Source: Mizuhopecten yessoensis (lineage: Eukaryota). From it: a DNA stretch of 64,000 nt. Every line of letters starts with the position of its first letter. Positions within the stretch are counted from its first letter, which is position 1. Below, piece after piece: positions 12,429 through 25,223 of this stretch. The translations under genes were made by a program, and so were the position numbers. The DNA is taken from positions 172,046-236,045 of the forward strand of contig NW_018408919.1 in assembly GCF_002113885.1 (NCBI RefSeq), written 5' to 3'. The notes under the pieces are model-generated. The model did not search any database. It was given only the letters and a program-made list of their open reading frames with translations, and was not told the origin of the DNA.

Positions 12429-13689
12429 ATTTGTAATAATTTATGGTTCCATTATACGGAGATGTTATAAATAAAACTATTTTGAATTTATCTTATTGTA
12501 ATAAACTATGTTGTTGGGGTTTTTTTCAGGAAAAAAATATCTGTTTTGTAATTAGAGAGTATTTTATGTGCACAAGTTAATCATTCATTCACCCATTTGA
12601 TTAGATACTTTGTGATTATAGATTCAATATCAAATATTATTGTATTTGTTCATAATCTATTCTGTATACTATCTTATGCAAACTTTTTTCTTTTTAATTA
12701 TAATGTTGTTTAGATTTCTAGCATTCCTTCTCTAACACCTATTACTTTAGACCGAATGGAAAACCAATCGATTTTGAGAAATTGTTTCTTGCCCATATCT
12801 ACCGGTACACTGTTTCAGCCAGGATTTGTTTTTGAAAAAGTGATGAACTTGGTGATATGATGCTGGCTTTACCCTTAAAATGCTTCAGTTGAAGCAGAAC
12901 CAGTAGTTCAGCATGAATGGAAACTTACCCAATGTGTTTTACTTTCTGGAAATTAAAATTACCAGTCAAACTAAAAAGATTTTTTTCAGACAAATACTGT
13001 TGAAGTAAAAGTTTGAAAGCATTCTTTTCTCTTTTTTTTCCAATAAAATTCATTGTACAAGAAATAATTTTAGTGCCATCATACCATTACTAATCACCAG
13101 AGTGCTATAATATTGTATGTGAGTTTAGACAAAGTGTTTTAAATTTAGTCAGTTTCTTGTACATTTTGTATATAGATGTTTCTTTGTGTATTGATTGTGA
13201 AGGTTGTAGAAAAATGAATCTTCCTCAAATTTAACATGTGCTTGAATGCAAATGATGCAATGAACAGAAGAAGGTGAAGAATACTTGATGAATAGTGGCA
13301 TTAGAGTAATGTAAGGGAAATGTTGATAGTTTATTTTCTAAGGGGTTTATAAGTAACAGGATCACAGTAGATAAATAATCAACTACCTGTAAAAATATTG
13401 TTCTTTAATTGATTGGAGATGAAGTAACTCAGACATGAAATGCTTTATTTTACATGATTATATTATTATTGAAGGCGTTGAATCACTTTCAGATCTACAG
13501 AAAAAAGTGTCTGAAATTAACAGTAGCCCCGTACATGCAACACTTGTGTGTCAGTGTAAAACTGAAGTTGTCTGTGTCATATGAATGCCACCGATAGTCT
13601 TTCTGCTCCGAAGTGTTATCAGGTTTCTCCTCAAAAAGTTTTCTTACTTCCAGATTTGAAAAAAAACCCGTGTTATTCTGACTTATCAC

Positions 13690-13868
13690 ATTTTGGTGGC
13701 CTGGTTGGTAGTGCACAGAGGGTCTTAATGAGGGGGGAAACTGGAGAACCTGGAAACAACCCACACTGTTGACAGGTGACCCAATACCTCATCACGTCAG
13801 ATCTAGGAATCAAACCCTGGCCGTCTTGGTAAACGGCGAGGGTGCTATGAACTGCACCACCCGACCAC
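13690..13868 (-). mobile_element. tRNA-derived SINE with a V-SINE-like central domain
   Basis: Minus strand shows a tRNA-like head (ggtggtgcagt..gggtttgattcct) followed by gtgggttgtttccaggttctccagtttccccc. Confidence 0.65.
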
Positions 13869-14106
13869 CAAATTTCCCTGCCTTGTGTTCTTTTAGCACA
13901 AAAAGCATTTTATAGCTTTATATCCTTTCTTATGTTCGATCTGTTTCGGAAATGTCAGTACATGGTCCTATAGAATAACAAAGCAATAAATAGTAGTGTT
14001 TTAGAACAGTGGGTTTTAACACTTGTAAAGGGACCTGAAACACTGTTATCTCTTTTTTTGTTTTCTCTTCTCCTCAACCCTTTGAAGCAAACATTGATTA
14101 GAACTA

Positions 14107-15920
14107 GACAGAGTATGTCACCTATTTATAGACTTCCAAATAAGGTAACAAAGTATATTAACTATTTAGTGACTTCTGAATGAGGTAACTAAGTTTATCA
14201 CATATTTAGTACTTCTGAATGAGTTGACATCAAAGTATATCACCTGTTTAATGACTTCTGAATAAGATGACATCAAAGTATATCACCTGTTTAATGACTT
14301 CTGAATAAGATAACTTTACAGTATATCACCTGTTTAATGACTTATGAATAAGATAACTTTACAGTATATCACCTGTACTGTTTAATGACTTCTGAATAAG
14401 ATAACTTTACAGTATATCACCTGTACTGTTTAATGACTTCTGAATAAGATAACTTTACAGTATATCACCTATTTAATGACTTCTGAATAAGATAACTTTA
14501 CAGTATATCACCTGTTTAATGACTTATGAATAAGATAACTTTACAGTATATCACCTGTACTGTTTAATGACTTCTGAATAAGATAACTTTACAGTATATC
14601 ACCTGTTTAATGACTTCTGAATAAGATAACTTTACAGTATATCACCTGTTTAATGACTTATGAATAAGATAACTTTACAGTATATCACCTGTACTGTTTA
14701 ATGACTTCTGAATAAGATAACTTTACAGTATATCACCTGTTTAATGACTTCTGAATAAGATAACTTTACAGTATATCACCTGTACTGTTTAATGACTTCT
14801 GAATAAGATAACTTTACAGTATATCACCTATTTAATGACTTCTGAATAAGATAACTTTACAGTATATCACCTGTTTAATGACTTATGAATAAGATAACTT
14901 TACAGTATATCACCTGTACTGTTTAATGACTTCTGAATAAGATAACTTTACAGTATATCACCTGTTTAATGACTTCTGAATAAGATAATTTTACAGTATA
15001 TCACCTATTTATTGACTTCTAAATAAGATGACAAAGTATATCACCTGTTTAATGACTTCTGAATAAGATAATTTTACAGTATATCACCTATTTATTGACT
15101 TCTAAATAAGATGACAAAGTATATCACCTGTTTAGTGACATCTTAATAAGGTGACAAAGTATATCACCTATTTAGTGACTTCTTAATAAGGTGACAAAGT
15201 ATATCACCTGTTTAGTGGCTTCTTAATAAGGTGACAAAGTATATCACCTATTTAGTGACTTCTCAATAAGGCAACCTAATAGTATATCACCTGTTTAGTG
15301 GCTTCTTAATAAGGTGACAAAGTATGTCACCTATTTAGTGACTTCTTAATAAAGTGACAAAGTAAATCACCTGTTTAGTGACATCTTAATAAGGTGACAA
15401 AGTATATCACCTATTTAGAGACTTCTCAATAAGGTGACAAAGTATATCACCTGTTTAGTGACTTCTCAATAATGTGACAATGTATATCACATATTTAGGG
15501 GCTTCTTAATAAGGTGACAAAGTATATCACATATTTAGTGGCTTCTTAATAAGGTGACAAAGTATATCACATATTTAGTGGCTTCTTAATAAGGTGACAA
15601 AGAATATCACCTATTTAGTGACTTCTCAATAAGGTGACAAAGTATATAACCTGGTTAGTGACTTCTCAATAAGGTGACAAAGTATATAACCTGGTTAGTG
15701 ACTTCTCAATAAGGTGACAAAGTATATAACCTGGTTAGTGACTTCTCAATAAGGTGACAAAGTATATAACCTGGTTAGTGACTTCTCAATAAGGTGACAA
15801 AGTATATCACCTATTTAGTGACTTCTCAATAAGGCAACCTAATAGTATATCACCTATTTAGTGACTTCTCAATAAGGTAACCTAATAGAATATTTCTCTG
15901 GTTAGTGACTTCTGAATGTG
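14107..15920. repeat. Minisatellite: 43/48-bp units (agtatatcacctgtttaatgacttctgaataagataactttac) grading into 40-bp units (agtatatcacctatttagtgacttctcaataaggtgacaa)
   Basis: Directly visible head-to-tail array without spacers. Confidence 0.97.
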
Positions 15921-16017
15921 ACATTTTAACACCTGACACAACAAACCATTAAACACACTTTGACACCAATTTATTACTGTCACGTGACAATAAATGTTGG
16001 CCTGCTATATCATTCTG

Positions 16018-16222
16018 TATACTGGGAAAATTTTGCTGCAGATTAACTTCCCCCTTTTTCACCCACGGCAACAAGGGCAAATATTACATGGAAGCAAATG
16101 TATGTACACAGCGTATCATATATAGCAATAATATATGAAGAACAAATTAACAACGTGCAAACGTAGATTTTACCGGTGAATGGCAAACATTTAACTGGGC
16201 GAAAGTCTCCTGGTGTACAGTA
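16018..16222. mobile_element. Degraded Tc1/mariner-type MITE
   Basis: Imperfect terminal inversion tatactgggaaaattttgc / gcgaaagtctcctggtgtacagta with TA ends. Confidence 0.4.
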
Positions 16223-17333
16223 TTCATATAAAAACTATTTCTACTACCTTCATATTAAATACATCTCACAGTAATTTATATGATGTTAACACCCAATTTT
16301 TCAATAGCCATGACTGCCTTGTACAAATATGTTGCCAAAACCTGATGCACATTTTGTAAAAATTGGTCATAAGCGTTAGCCTTGCATGGGAACTGCTTTG
16401 ATTTTGTAATAACGATCAGATTGACACTTCCCAGCAAAAATATTAAATTGTAAATAACTTTGATCATTCACTTTAAATAAAAAATCATAAATTGTTGCAC
16501 AGTTTTAGGATCCTTTTCATCATCTGTTTATGAAAGATTTGCTTGAGATATAAGATTGAATTAGAAATCATTACAAATGTGTTTTTGTTTGTTTTGTACC
16601 TGGTATTGTAACTATTCTGTTTGTTGATTGTTTGGTTCAATATAACTTCGATATCCAGTGCTTGGATTTCAGGAGATATACATTGGCTGTATGGATTGAT
16701 ATGTGTGAATGGATTTGTTGTAGGATATTTAAGGTATAAGAGTTATTTTTGTGTCATTGTCATGGACGATTTCGAAAATTTCAATCATCTTCCACTTTTT
16801 TTTTTTTAAATTGGTGCCATTTCTTAGTAGTCCATTGAAGTTACATGTTATTTAAAAGATTCTCACTAAGAATGCTTACATGGAATGTGTTACCTAGTAA
16901 AAATTGTTTAGATAATCTTGCAAGAGTACTATATCATTGTACCAGTTTTAATTTCATTTCTTATTTACAACAGCAAAACCAATATCATGACACCTTTTCA
17001 TTTTGGAGGACACTTCCTCATGATGTTTTGGAGTTTTCGAAATTGTTCATTCATGGTAACATAGATCAATTTAAGGGTATATGCTAGTATATTGTGAGCT
17101 GTGTATATTCACTGATGAAGAGTTACTTGTTTTCATGGTATGGAATGCTATTAGGGTTTTGTTGATTTTTTAACAAATGTATTTGAAAAGTACACAGGAA
17201 GGATTATATTTGTTAGCTCTGAATTAACTCATTGTGATGTCATGCCAGTTGATGTTATTTTACTGTGGGAAAAAAGAGAGGTTTAATGTAAGCTAAAGCT
17301 AAAGGTACACATGAATGAATTAATATTTTACAT

Positions 17334-17424
17334 TTAACTCATTCACCCCTGAAGACACATTTGAACTCTTCCAATTCAAAGGTTGGAATAGTCCATTACA
17401 AAATTTCAGGGGTGAATGGGTTAA
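17334..17424 (+). mobile_element. ~90-bp piggyBac-like MITE, copy 1 (TTAA target sites)
   Basis: TTAA-CTCATTCACCCCTGAA ... TTCAGGGGTGAATGGG-TTAA. Confidence 0.8.
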
Positions 17425-17822
17425 GAGGGTTGGAGACGCAACGTCCCTTATAAGCTGAAAATCCAGTGCAATTTGGACAATAACTGCCGTTGATACATGT
17501 AGTATACAGAGTCCCCGTTAATTGCTCATCAATGAATTCCAACGGAGCACGGACAACATGTAAGAATCTTGCTCATAGATGATTAATGTGTTGACATGTT
17601 TCGACTAAAAGATGAGCCGTCATCCTGTTCAACACAATGTCTGAATAAATCATCTATGAGCAAGATTCGGCAGTGTTGTTCTCCCTCTGTTGTTCTCCCT
17701 CTGTTGTTCTCCCTCTGTTGGAATGTTCATTTTACGTTTCTATACAACTTTCATAACCGTGTTGACACGCATTGTGTACATTTCAGTATATTGCTTGGAA
17801 TTTTTGGTTGGAAATGTTGTCA

Positions 17823-18025
17823 AATAATAATGATAATATAATAATTTGAGGTTCTTGTATACTGCTTTTTCACAACCTAGTTCATAGGTGGTCTCAAAGC
17901 GGTTCACAAATTATTATCCGTGGTTATAGGGCCTTTGCAACCAGCAAATATCTTTCTCAACTCCCTTTGCTGCCATTTCGGCGCTCACAGCTAGCATTCT
18001 ACAAGTCTAGCACTGTCCAACCACA
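17823..18025 (-). mobile_element. SINE fragment (3' part with AAT-repeat tail)
   Basis: (aat)n tail followed by ctcaaagcggttcaca..ctcaactccc..gctgccatttcggcgctc, resembling invertebrate SINE bodies as recalled (not searched). Confidence 0.4.
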
Positions 18026-18699
18026 TAATACCAGTGTTCATTAGAGTTCAAATATCAATCTTCTCTTTTGTAAATGGAGTTAGTCTGTACATTTTAATAA
18101 AGATTATCAATTTCAACAAATTATATTAGAACAAGTCCTGACAAAGGATTTGGCCAAGTTAGCAGACCTTTTATTAATCTTCTTCCTTTAACTCCCTTTT
18201 ATCAAAGATTATGATGTAGTGAAAATGTTTTTAGGAAAAGAAAAAAGAAATCTGATTTCGTAGTAAATAATGAACAACCTCTACCTCCAATGAGTCCTAC
18301 CGTGCACCACACCTCATTTATAATACTTTGGTGCACAATTCAGCCCGAATTTGAAGGTGAGGCACTAATGATGTTGAATATTCAGTTTAATTTTGTATTA
18401 AATTAAACTTTTTACAACTTGGTTAGTAACAGTGTGATTATTATTCTTGAGAATACCCTCAATGTTATTGTTTTCAGATGTTATAATGCACTATATTTAT
18501 CTTAAAAATGATCCTGGTGCCTACTTTTATATAAAAACAAAAAATGCTTTAAACGTTATAGTATTCATTAGAGTTATTGATATCACAAATCTTGAAATTG
18601 AAGTAATGTCCTACAGTTATTATCATATGGCTGCAAAAGCTTAACTTGGATTCATGGTATCATGGCATGAATGTTCAGTGGTTATCACAGGTTCAGTAG

Positions 18700-19155
18700 A
18701 TATTCATTAACATCATTGGTTCACTAAAACATCATTGGTTCAGTAAACATCATTGGTTCAGTAAAACATCATTGGTTCAGTAAACATCATCGGTTCAGTT
18801 GGTATCGTAACTGGAATAGCCCATATCATTAGTTCAGTCGAAAAACATTGTAAGCATCATTGGTTCATACGTAAACATAAATGGTTCAGTTGATAAGCAT
18901 TGGTTCAGTCAGGAACTTAAATAGTTTAGTTGACAAACACCATTGGTTCAGTTGACAAACATCATTAGTTCAGTTGACAAGCGTCATTGGTTCATTTGAC
19001 AAGCGTCATTGGTTCAGTCAATAAATATCATTGGTTCAGTTGATACTTCATTATAAGTTCAGTTGATTAACATCATTGATTCAGTCCTTTACATAATTAG
19101 TTTAGTCAGTTAACATCATTTCTTCAGTTGACAAATCATGATTGATTCAGTCATT
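18700..19155. repeat. Degenerate 18-22-bp tandem repeat (aaacatcattggttcagt)
   Basis: Directly visible. Confidence 0.85.
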
Positions 19156-19941
19156 TTATTTGTATTTTTGGTTTAATTTCCAAGCAGATTTTCTGTCAAC
19201 AGACATTAATTAAAACCAATGTCATTTGTTCAGTAGAATCCTGCAAGAAAGTTTTAGAGAAAACAGTAAATTGTTCTAGAACAGCTTTTCAGTGGGCCAG
19301 CTTTCAAGCAGAATATTTGAAAACTTGTACACTGTATTAGTATCCGCACTTCAGAGACATAAGGTTTCATCAAAGACTTGTAACTGTCACTTGTGTAACT
19401 GTCCTCACAAGTGACATAGAGAGAAAATGTGTTTGAATGAGGTTGACCATGGATACTGACTAGAAACGCAGAATCGGGAAGAAACATTTTGTTTTATGTC
19501 TGTACAATAGAACATGAATTCTGGAGATCTATTGAGATTTTCTAAGTAACAGAACTTCTAATTCAGAGGTTAATCAGATTTGTGTTTTGTTAGTTTTATT
19601 TATCGAGATATTATGTATATTTATGGATTTGTCTAATGCTGTTTATCAGTTCATGATGAAAATTTTGTCAAATATTGCCCAATATAATAATTCTTGTACT
19701 AGCATTTTAAACTGCAAATCTTTTGAAAAATCTGTTATCATTGTTGTTGATCATTATCACAATATTGGTTTTGTTTTGATTGAATGTAGTGGAATGCTAC
19801 TAGAAACCTCAGAAAAATATAATTTTCTTTTGTCAAATTTCAGTTTTTTATTTTTTATTTCAAACAAATCATTGAAGAGTGCATTCACATTATTTAAAAT
19901 CTACATTACGTTAGTGTACAAAGATTTGTTAGACATCTACG

Positions 19942-20127
19942 TACAGTAAAACCTGGTTATGATATCACCATTTGTCGAGGGAAATCATGGCATTATAAAG
20001 GGGGTGTGGCAATAACCTGAGGGACACACAAGAAGGTATTGTTAAGAAAAATGGGGAGGTTGAACTATGTTGGCAGTAAGCGAGTTGGTGATTGGAATGA
20101 GGGGCATGATATCGAGGTTTTACTGTA
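19942..20127. mobile_element. Tc1/pogo-type MITE
   Basis: TA-CAGTAAAACCT ... AGGTTTTACTG-TA; solo ends of the same type near 8522 and 28560. Confidence 0.75.
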
Positions 20128-20485
20128 TAGCGTTCTATTGATTACAGATACACCTGATTAATTATTCATCGCATTTAACTTTGTGGACAATAGTGGTAGG
20201 GATAGGTGTACATCCCTATAAGATACCGGTATATATACTAGACACATGTTGTGGTTTTAGCATTGTTATCTGCAAAGAAGTCCATGTTTTTAGTACAAGA
20301 AAAAATGTACACTTTTTCTCCAAGTGAAATATACAAAAAAGGTACCAGGGTATACAAGATTTATTGTCTGAACAGGAAAAAACTTTCACAATCTTAGGGA
20401 CCTACTTCTCCCATATCAATCACAGTATATCTAGCAGACAATATGTTTCTCTTTGGATACATGTACATTATTTCTGTTTCTGATG

Positions 20486-20838
20486 GGGGTAACAATTGCC
20501 ATGAATTATATCATAACCATAGAAGATGGCGTTACAATGCACTGCCACTTGGAGTCATAATTAGAAGTTGATTGGTATTATCCACTAGCGGGAAATCAAA
20601 AACATTTACCATCTTGAGGTTGGGAGGATAAAATAAAATTCTGAAATTCATATTTCTAAATACTCTTGGGGGGGGGGGGGGGGGGGGACAATTGCCATGA
20701 AATATAATGTCACCATAGGAGATGCCGTTGCAAAGCACTGTTACTTCACGTCATAACTAGAAGGTGACCAATGAGATAATGTCATTGGTGTTGCCCAATA
20801 GTGGGTAAACAAAAATGTTTACCACTAATGAGTTGGGA
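20486..20838. repeat. Two diverged ~150-bp direct copies separated by a poly-G run
   Basis: acaattgccatgaa..accatag.agatg.cgtt..gtcataa.tagaag..ttgggag occurs twice. Confidence 0.7.
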
Positions 20839-20977
20839 GTGAGGAAACCTATTGAGGTTGTGAGAGAAAATTAAAATACCTATTTTTACATCTCAGAATT
20901 GAATTAAATGTAGCCTGTTCAGACAGTAAATGTGTATCAGAATCAGTAACAAGGTAATGAATCGGTATACATTCTCT

Positions 20978-21060
20978 TTAACTCATTCACCTCCATAATG
21001 AACTATACCAATCTATGAATTGGAAGAGTTCTAATGTGTTTTCAGGGGTGAATGGGTTAG
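20978..21060 (-). mobile_element. ~90-bp piggyBac-like MITE, copy 2 (inverted)
   Basis: Same TIRs; internal sequence is the reverse complement of copies 1 and 3. Confidence 0.75.
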
Positions 21061-21708
21061 AAATTATTTTCACATACGAGTATACATGTACAATTTTCAA
21101 ACAAATATTTCAGCCTAATGATTCAGTGTTACAAAAGCTAATAACTTTCCAATCTTGTACATAATTCTGAAGTTTTCAAAACCAGGAGTTTTTATAGGTT
21201 TGTATGGATGTATCTGGTGTTGGCATGTAAGCATTAATGTAAGATTACTAAATACTAAGGCATTAGATTACATCAACTTCAGGATAACATACATGTATTG
21301 AAATTAATTTATTCATGTAGAGATATCATTTTAGCAGGCTTATTGTATATGTATTGTTGTTTAAACTTCATTTTACTTACAAGCCAGTTACATTGTATAT
21401 CAAATATTCAGAAAATATATTTTCATTTAATATTTGTTTAGTATATTGGTAGGGTAAATGAGGATGTAAGTAAAATGTGCTGAAAGTTCCCTATAGACTG
21501 CACCCAAAATCTTTTCATTCAAATACACTTTGATGTAAAAAATATATCTTTGTTAGACCAAATATTTTAAAAATAAATTATAGCTTGCTTTCTATAAATT
21601 ATGAAACACTGGATGTCATACTTTAAAGAGGATTAGTCACTTAAGATGAGTTTTTGATAGACTTACCTCCCTTTGATCTAGCACCTTTTTATCCCCCATT
21701 GAGTGTAC

Positions 21709-22067
21709 TTAAGGATCCCTGTACCACTGCGTTGTGTTTTTTTCCTATATACAGCAACCTCCCAATTACTTGCGTTTCGATGTTACTGTAGCGCCATTGG
21801 ACAAGGACACTTTCATTGACCAGGTAGCTCATTCTGTTCGAGCGATAGTCTAACAATCCTAAATCCAGGGTTTGAATCCCAATCTACTGATTTTTTCAAT
21901 CGGAACACTGTTGTTGATTATTTGTATGTTTATTTCATCTCTATTTTTTTGAGTGCTGCAAGGTATGGTTTTCTGTTCATAAATATATGATCATAGCTAT
22001 AGTCATGCTGGTAAAATCAATGTCCAGTGCATAGATACAGTTTCTGCAGTGGTATGGGAATCCCTAA
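21709..22067 (+). mobile_element. Kolobok-like MITE (TTAA site, GGATCCCTGTACCACTGC TIR) carrying an internal tRNA-like segment
   Basis: ttaaggatccctgtaccactgc ... gcagtggtatgggaatccctaa; A/B-box-like segment at 21818-21890; second copy at 36085-36454. Confidence 0.75.
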
Positions 22068-22603
22068 ATAAAAAAAAAAATGTTTTCCTTTTTTATGATA
22101 AATAGGTGGTCTGTGGTACTGATGTGTTTGAAATCAGCAGATTTTGATTAAAGTATGATTTAGTCATAAGATTTGCTTGCTTGTTTGAAGTTGTTTGGAA
22201 AAGTATACATAGTGCACAACTAACGATCTGATCAGTTTGTTCTATGTACCATCACATTGATATATGAAAGAGAATCCCTCCCCAGAAATGCACCTTTATG
22301 TGTAGTGCCTGTGTTATATACAGCTGGGGCGACACCAAATCTGTATGTGTTTATCTGGTAGGGTTGGGGTGGTTAAATCGTTGCTGAATAATTTTGATGA
22401 ATTATGTTTTGTCTATTATCAATTCAATTTTCATGGAACAAGAATCTGACTGATTTAAGAGCCCAGGAATATTTTCATGAGTTTATATCAGTTTGAAGAT
22501 TTTACTAGCGAAACTAACTTTTTAAAGTATTCCAGTTGTTTTCATGTTGAATTATTTCTAAGCCTCTCATAAATACTTCAGAAATACTTCAGAAAATATG
22601 AAG

Positions 22604-22696
22604 ATAACTCATTCACCCCTGAAGTCACATTTGAACTCTTCCAATTCAAAGGTTGGTATAGTTCATTACATGAAATTTCAGGGGTGAATGAGTTAA
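22604..22696 (+). mobile_element. ~90-bp piggyBac-like MITE, copy 3
   Basis: Near-identical to copy 1. Confidence 0.8.
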
Positions 22697-22976
22697 TATG
22701 ACTGAGATGTTGTAATGTGAAAGTGAAAGAAGTTAAAATTGATTCGATAGACTACATCAAAACATTGTGTAATTTGACGCTCAAGATATGTATAGCGAAG
22801 TTTTACGATATGTGAAAGAAGGCAATAGAGCAACAACTAGTTTGGTGTGGCCTAAACACATGTCTGTTCTTTCCTTATCAACTGTGATCTGTGAGGGTGT
22901 TGGAAAGTTGTTGTGAAAACCAATCAGTCAGGCCAGTTCAAACTTTGAAATATATAAATAAATGTATATTATATGA

Positions 22977-22982
22977 AATAAA
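22977..22982 (+). terminator. Candidate distal polyadenylation signal (DCUN1D4?)
   Basis: AATAAA with upstream TGTA and a downstream GT/T-rich tract; proximal alternatives exist, e.g. 13042. Confidence 0.35.
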
Positions 22983-23440
22983 AACAAGAGTTGTTGTTCT
23001 TTTTTCTCAACATTATATTTTTTGTATCTGTGTATTAACTGATAACATATAAGCTGAAGTTTGCAGGGTAACTATGTGTAGCATTGTCAAAGTTACAATC
23101 GTGATGAAATTCTATTTCAATGGCAATATGTGCAAGTTTGTCCTTAAATAAGAGCAGACTTGTAGTGCTGGTGTTTCCAACAGAGAACAGACAGAGATAT
23201 TTCAGGCTACTTGGAGGTCGAAGTCTGAAGTACATGTAGTGTGCCAAATTTATTTTGCTTTTACCAGGAACGTGACGATTGATTGATTGTGCTGATCTTG
23301 TTGTTCATTATCTCCTTCATCATGGTGAAACACTATATCCCTTTCTGCTCAAGCGTTTCCAATTCGTCTTATTGTGATGTTGGAAAAAATCATCCAAGCT
23401 CCTTGCTGGCAAGTTATATGTAAACCTGGCAGCTCACCAT

Positions 23441-24941
23441 TGTACTGGTCCTTCCAGATGTAACACTACTGGTAAGTGTTGCAGTGATCCAGGCTCATCC
23501 TGACAATGGTGGTCTATGTTGTACTGGTCCTTCCAGATGTGACACTGCTGGTAAGTATTGCAGTGATCCAGGTTTATCCTGACAATGGTGGTCTATGTTG
23601 TACTGGTCCTTCCAGATGTGACACTGCTGGTAAGTATTGCAGTGATCCAGGTTTATCCTGACAATAGTGGTCTATGTTGTACTGGTCCTTCCTGATGTGA
23701 CACTGTTGGTAAGTGTTGCAGTGATCCAGGTTTATCCTGACAGTGGTGGTCTATGTTGTACTGGTCCTTCCAGCTGTGACACTGCTGGTAAGTGTTGCAG
23801 TGATCCAGGTTTATCCTGACAGTGGTGGTCTATGTTGTACTGGTCCTTCCTGATGTGACACTGTTGGTAAGTGTTTCAGTGATCCAGGTTTATCCTGACA
23901 GTGGTGGTCTATGTTGTACTTGTCCTTCCAGCTGTGACACTGCTGGTAAGTGTTGCAGTGATTCAGGTTTATCCTGACAATGGTGGTCTATGTTTTGCTG
24001 GTCCTTCCAGATGTGACACTGCTGGTAAGCATTGCAGTGATCCAGGCTCATCCTGACAATGGGGGTCTATGTTGTACTGGTCCTTCCAGATGTGACACTG
24101 TTGGTAAGTGTTGCAGTGATCCAGGTTTATCTTGACAATGGTGGTCTATGTTGTACTGGTCCTTCCAGATGTTACACCGCTGGTTAGTATCGCAGTGATC
24201 CAGGTTTATCCTGACAATGATGGTCTATGTTGTACTGGTCCTTCCAGATGTGACACTGCTGGTAAGTGTTGCAGTGATACAAGTTCATCCTGACAATGGT
24301 GGTCTATGTTGTACTGGTCCTTCCAGATGTTACACCGCTGGTTAGTATCGCAGTGATCCAGGTTTATCCTGACAAGGATGGTCTATGTTGTACTGGTCCT
24401 TCCAGATGTGACACTGCTGCTAAGTGTTGCAGTGATACAAGTTCATCCTGACAATGTTGGTCTATGTTGTACTGGTCCTTCCAGATGTGACACTGCTTGT
24501 AAGTGTTGCAGTGATCCAGGCTCATCCTGACAATGGTGGGCTATGTTGTACTGGTCCTTCCAGATGTGACACTACTGGTAAGTATTGCAGTGATCCAGGT
24601 ATATCCTGACAATGGTGGGCTATGTTGTACTGGTCCTTCCAGATGTGACACTGCTGGTAAGAATTGCAGTGATCCAGGTTTATCCTGACAATGGTGGTCT
24701 ATGTTGTACTGGTCCTTCCAGATGTAACACTGCTGGTAAATATTGCAGTGATCCAGGTTTATCCTGACAATGGTGGTCTTTGTTGTACTGGTCCTTCCAG
24801 ATGTGACACTGCTGGCAAGTGTTGCAGTGATCCAGGCTCATCCTGACAATGGTGGTCTATGTTGTACTGGTCCTTCCAGATGTGACACTGCTGGTAAGTG
24901 TTGCAGTGATCCAGGTTTATCCTGACAATGGTGGTCTATGT
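23441..24941. repeat. Satellite array of 19 x 79 bp
   Basis: Unit starts at 23441, 23520, 23599 ... 24863 (exactly 18 x 79 from the first). Confidence 0.97.
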
Positions 24942-25176
24942 TTGACTCTTGCATTCCTTGGTGCCTGCTGCAGACGGTGTTTAAGTATCATTTGGAGTCT
25001 GTTTGCATTGAGTGATGTTGTAAACAGTAACTCCTAGTCAGCGGGTTGGTGTTTTTTGCCCATGTGGTGTCGAACCTATGTTTGGTTTCCCTACTGAGAA
25101 ATTCATTTCACCAATTCTTACCACTTACATGAGAAGGGGAAGAGAGAACAAATGCTATATGCGTTTTTAAAGCAAA

Positions 25177-25182
25177 TTTATT
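25177..25182 (-). terminator. Polyadenylation signal of the ADAMTS-like gene
   Basis: Minus-strand AATAAA about 40 bp after the stop codon. Confidence 0.6.
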
Positions 25183-25223
25183 AACATGACTTCGGACCTC
25201 ATCGCTTGAACTAGATGTCTGCT

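Noticed and set aside
14107-15920. CRISPR-like regular repeats (also 23441-24941 and 57314-57718)
   Set aside because: Head-to-tail monomers with no unique spacers, eukaryotic context, no cas genes.
21818-21890. tRNA gene
   Set aside because: Acceptor and T stems do not pair well and it lies inside a MITE; treated as tRNA-derived.
23035-23440. Coding-like minus-strand sequence flanking the 79-bp satellite
   Set aside because: Frames are interrupted and unrecognisable, and it lies beyond the protease poly(A) signal.
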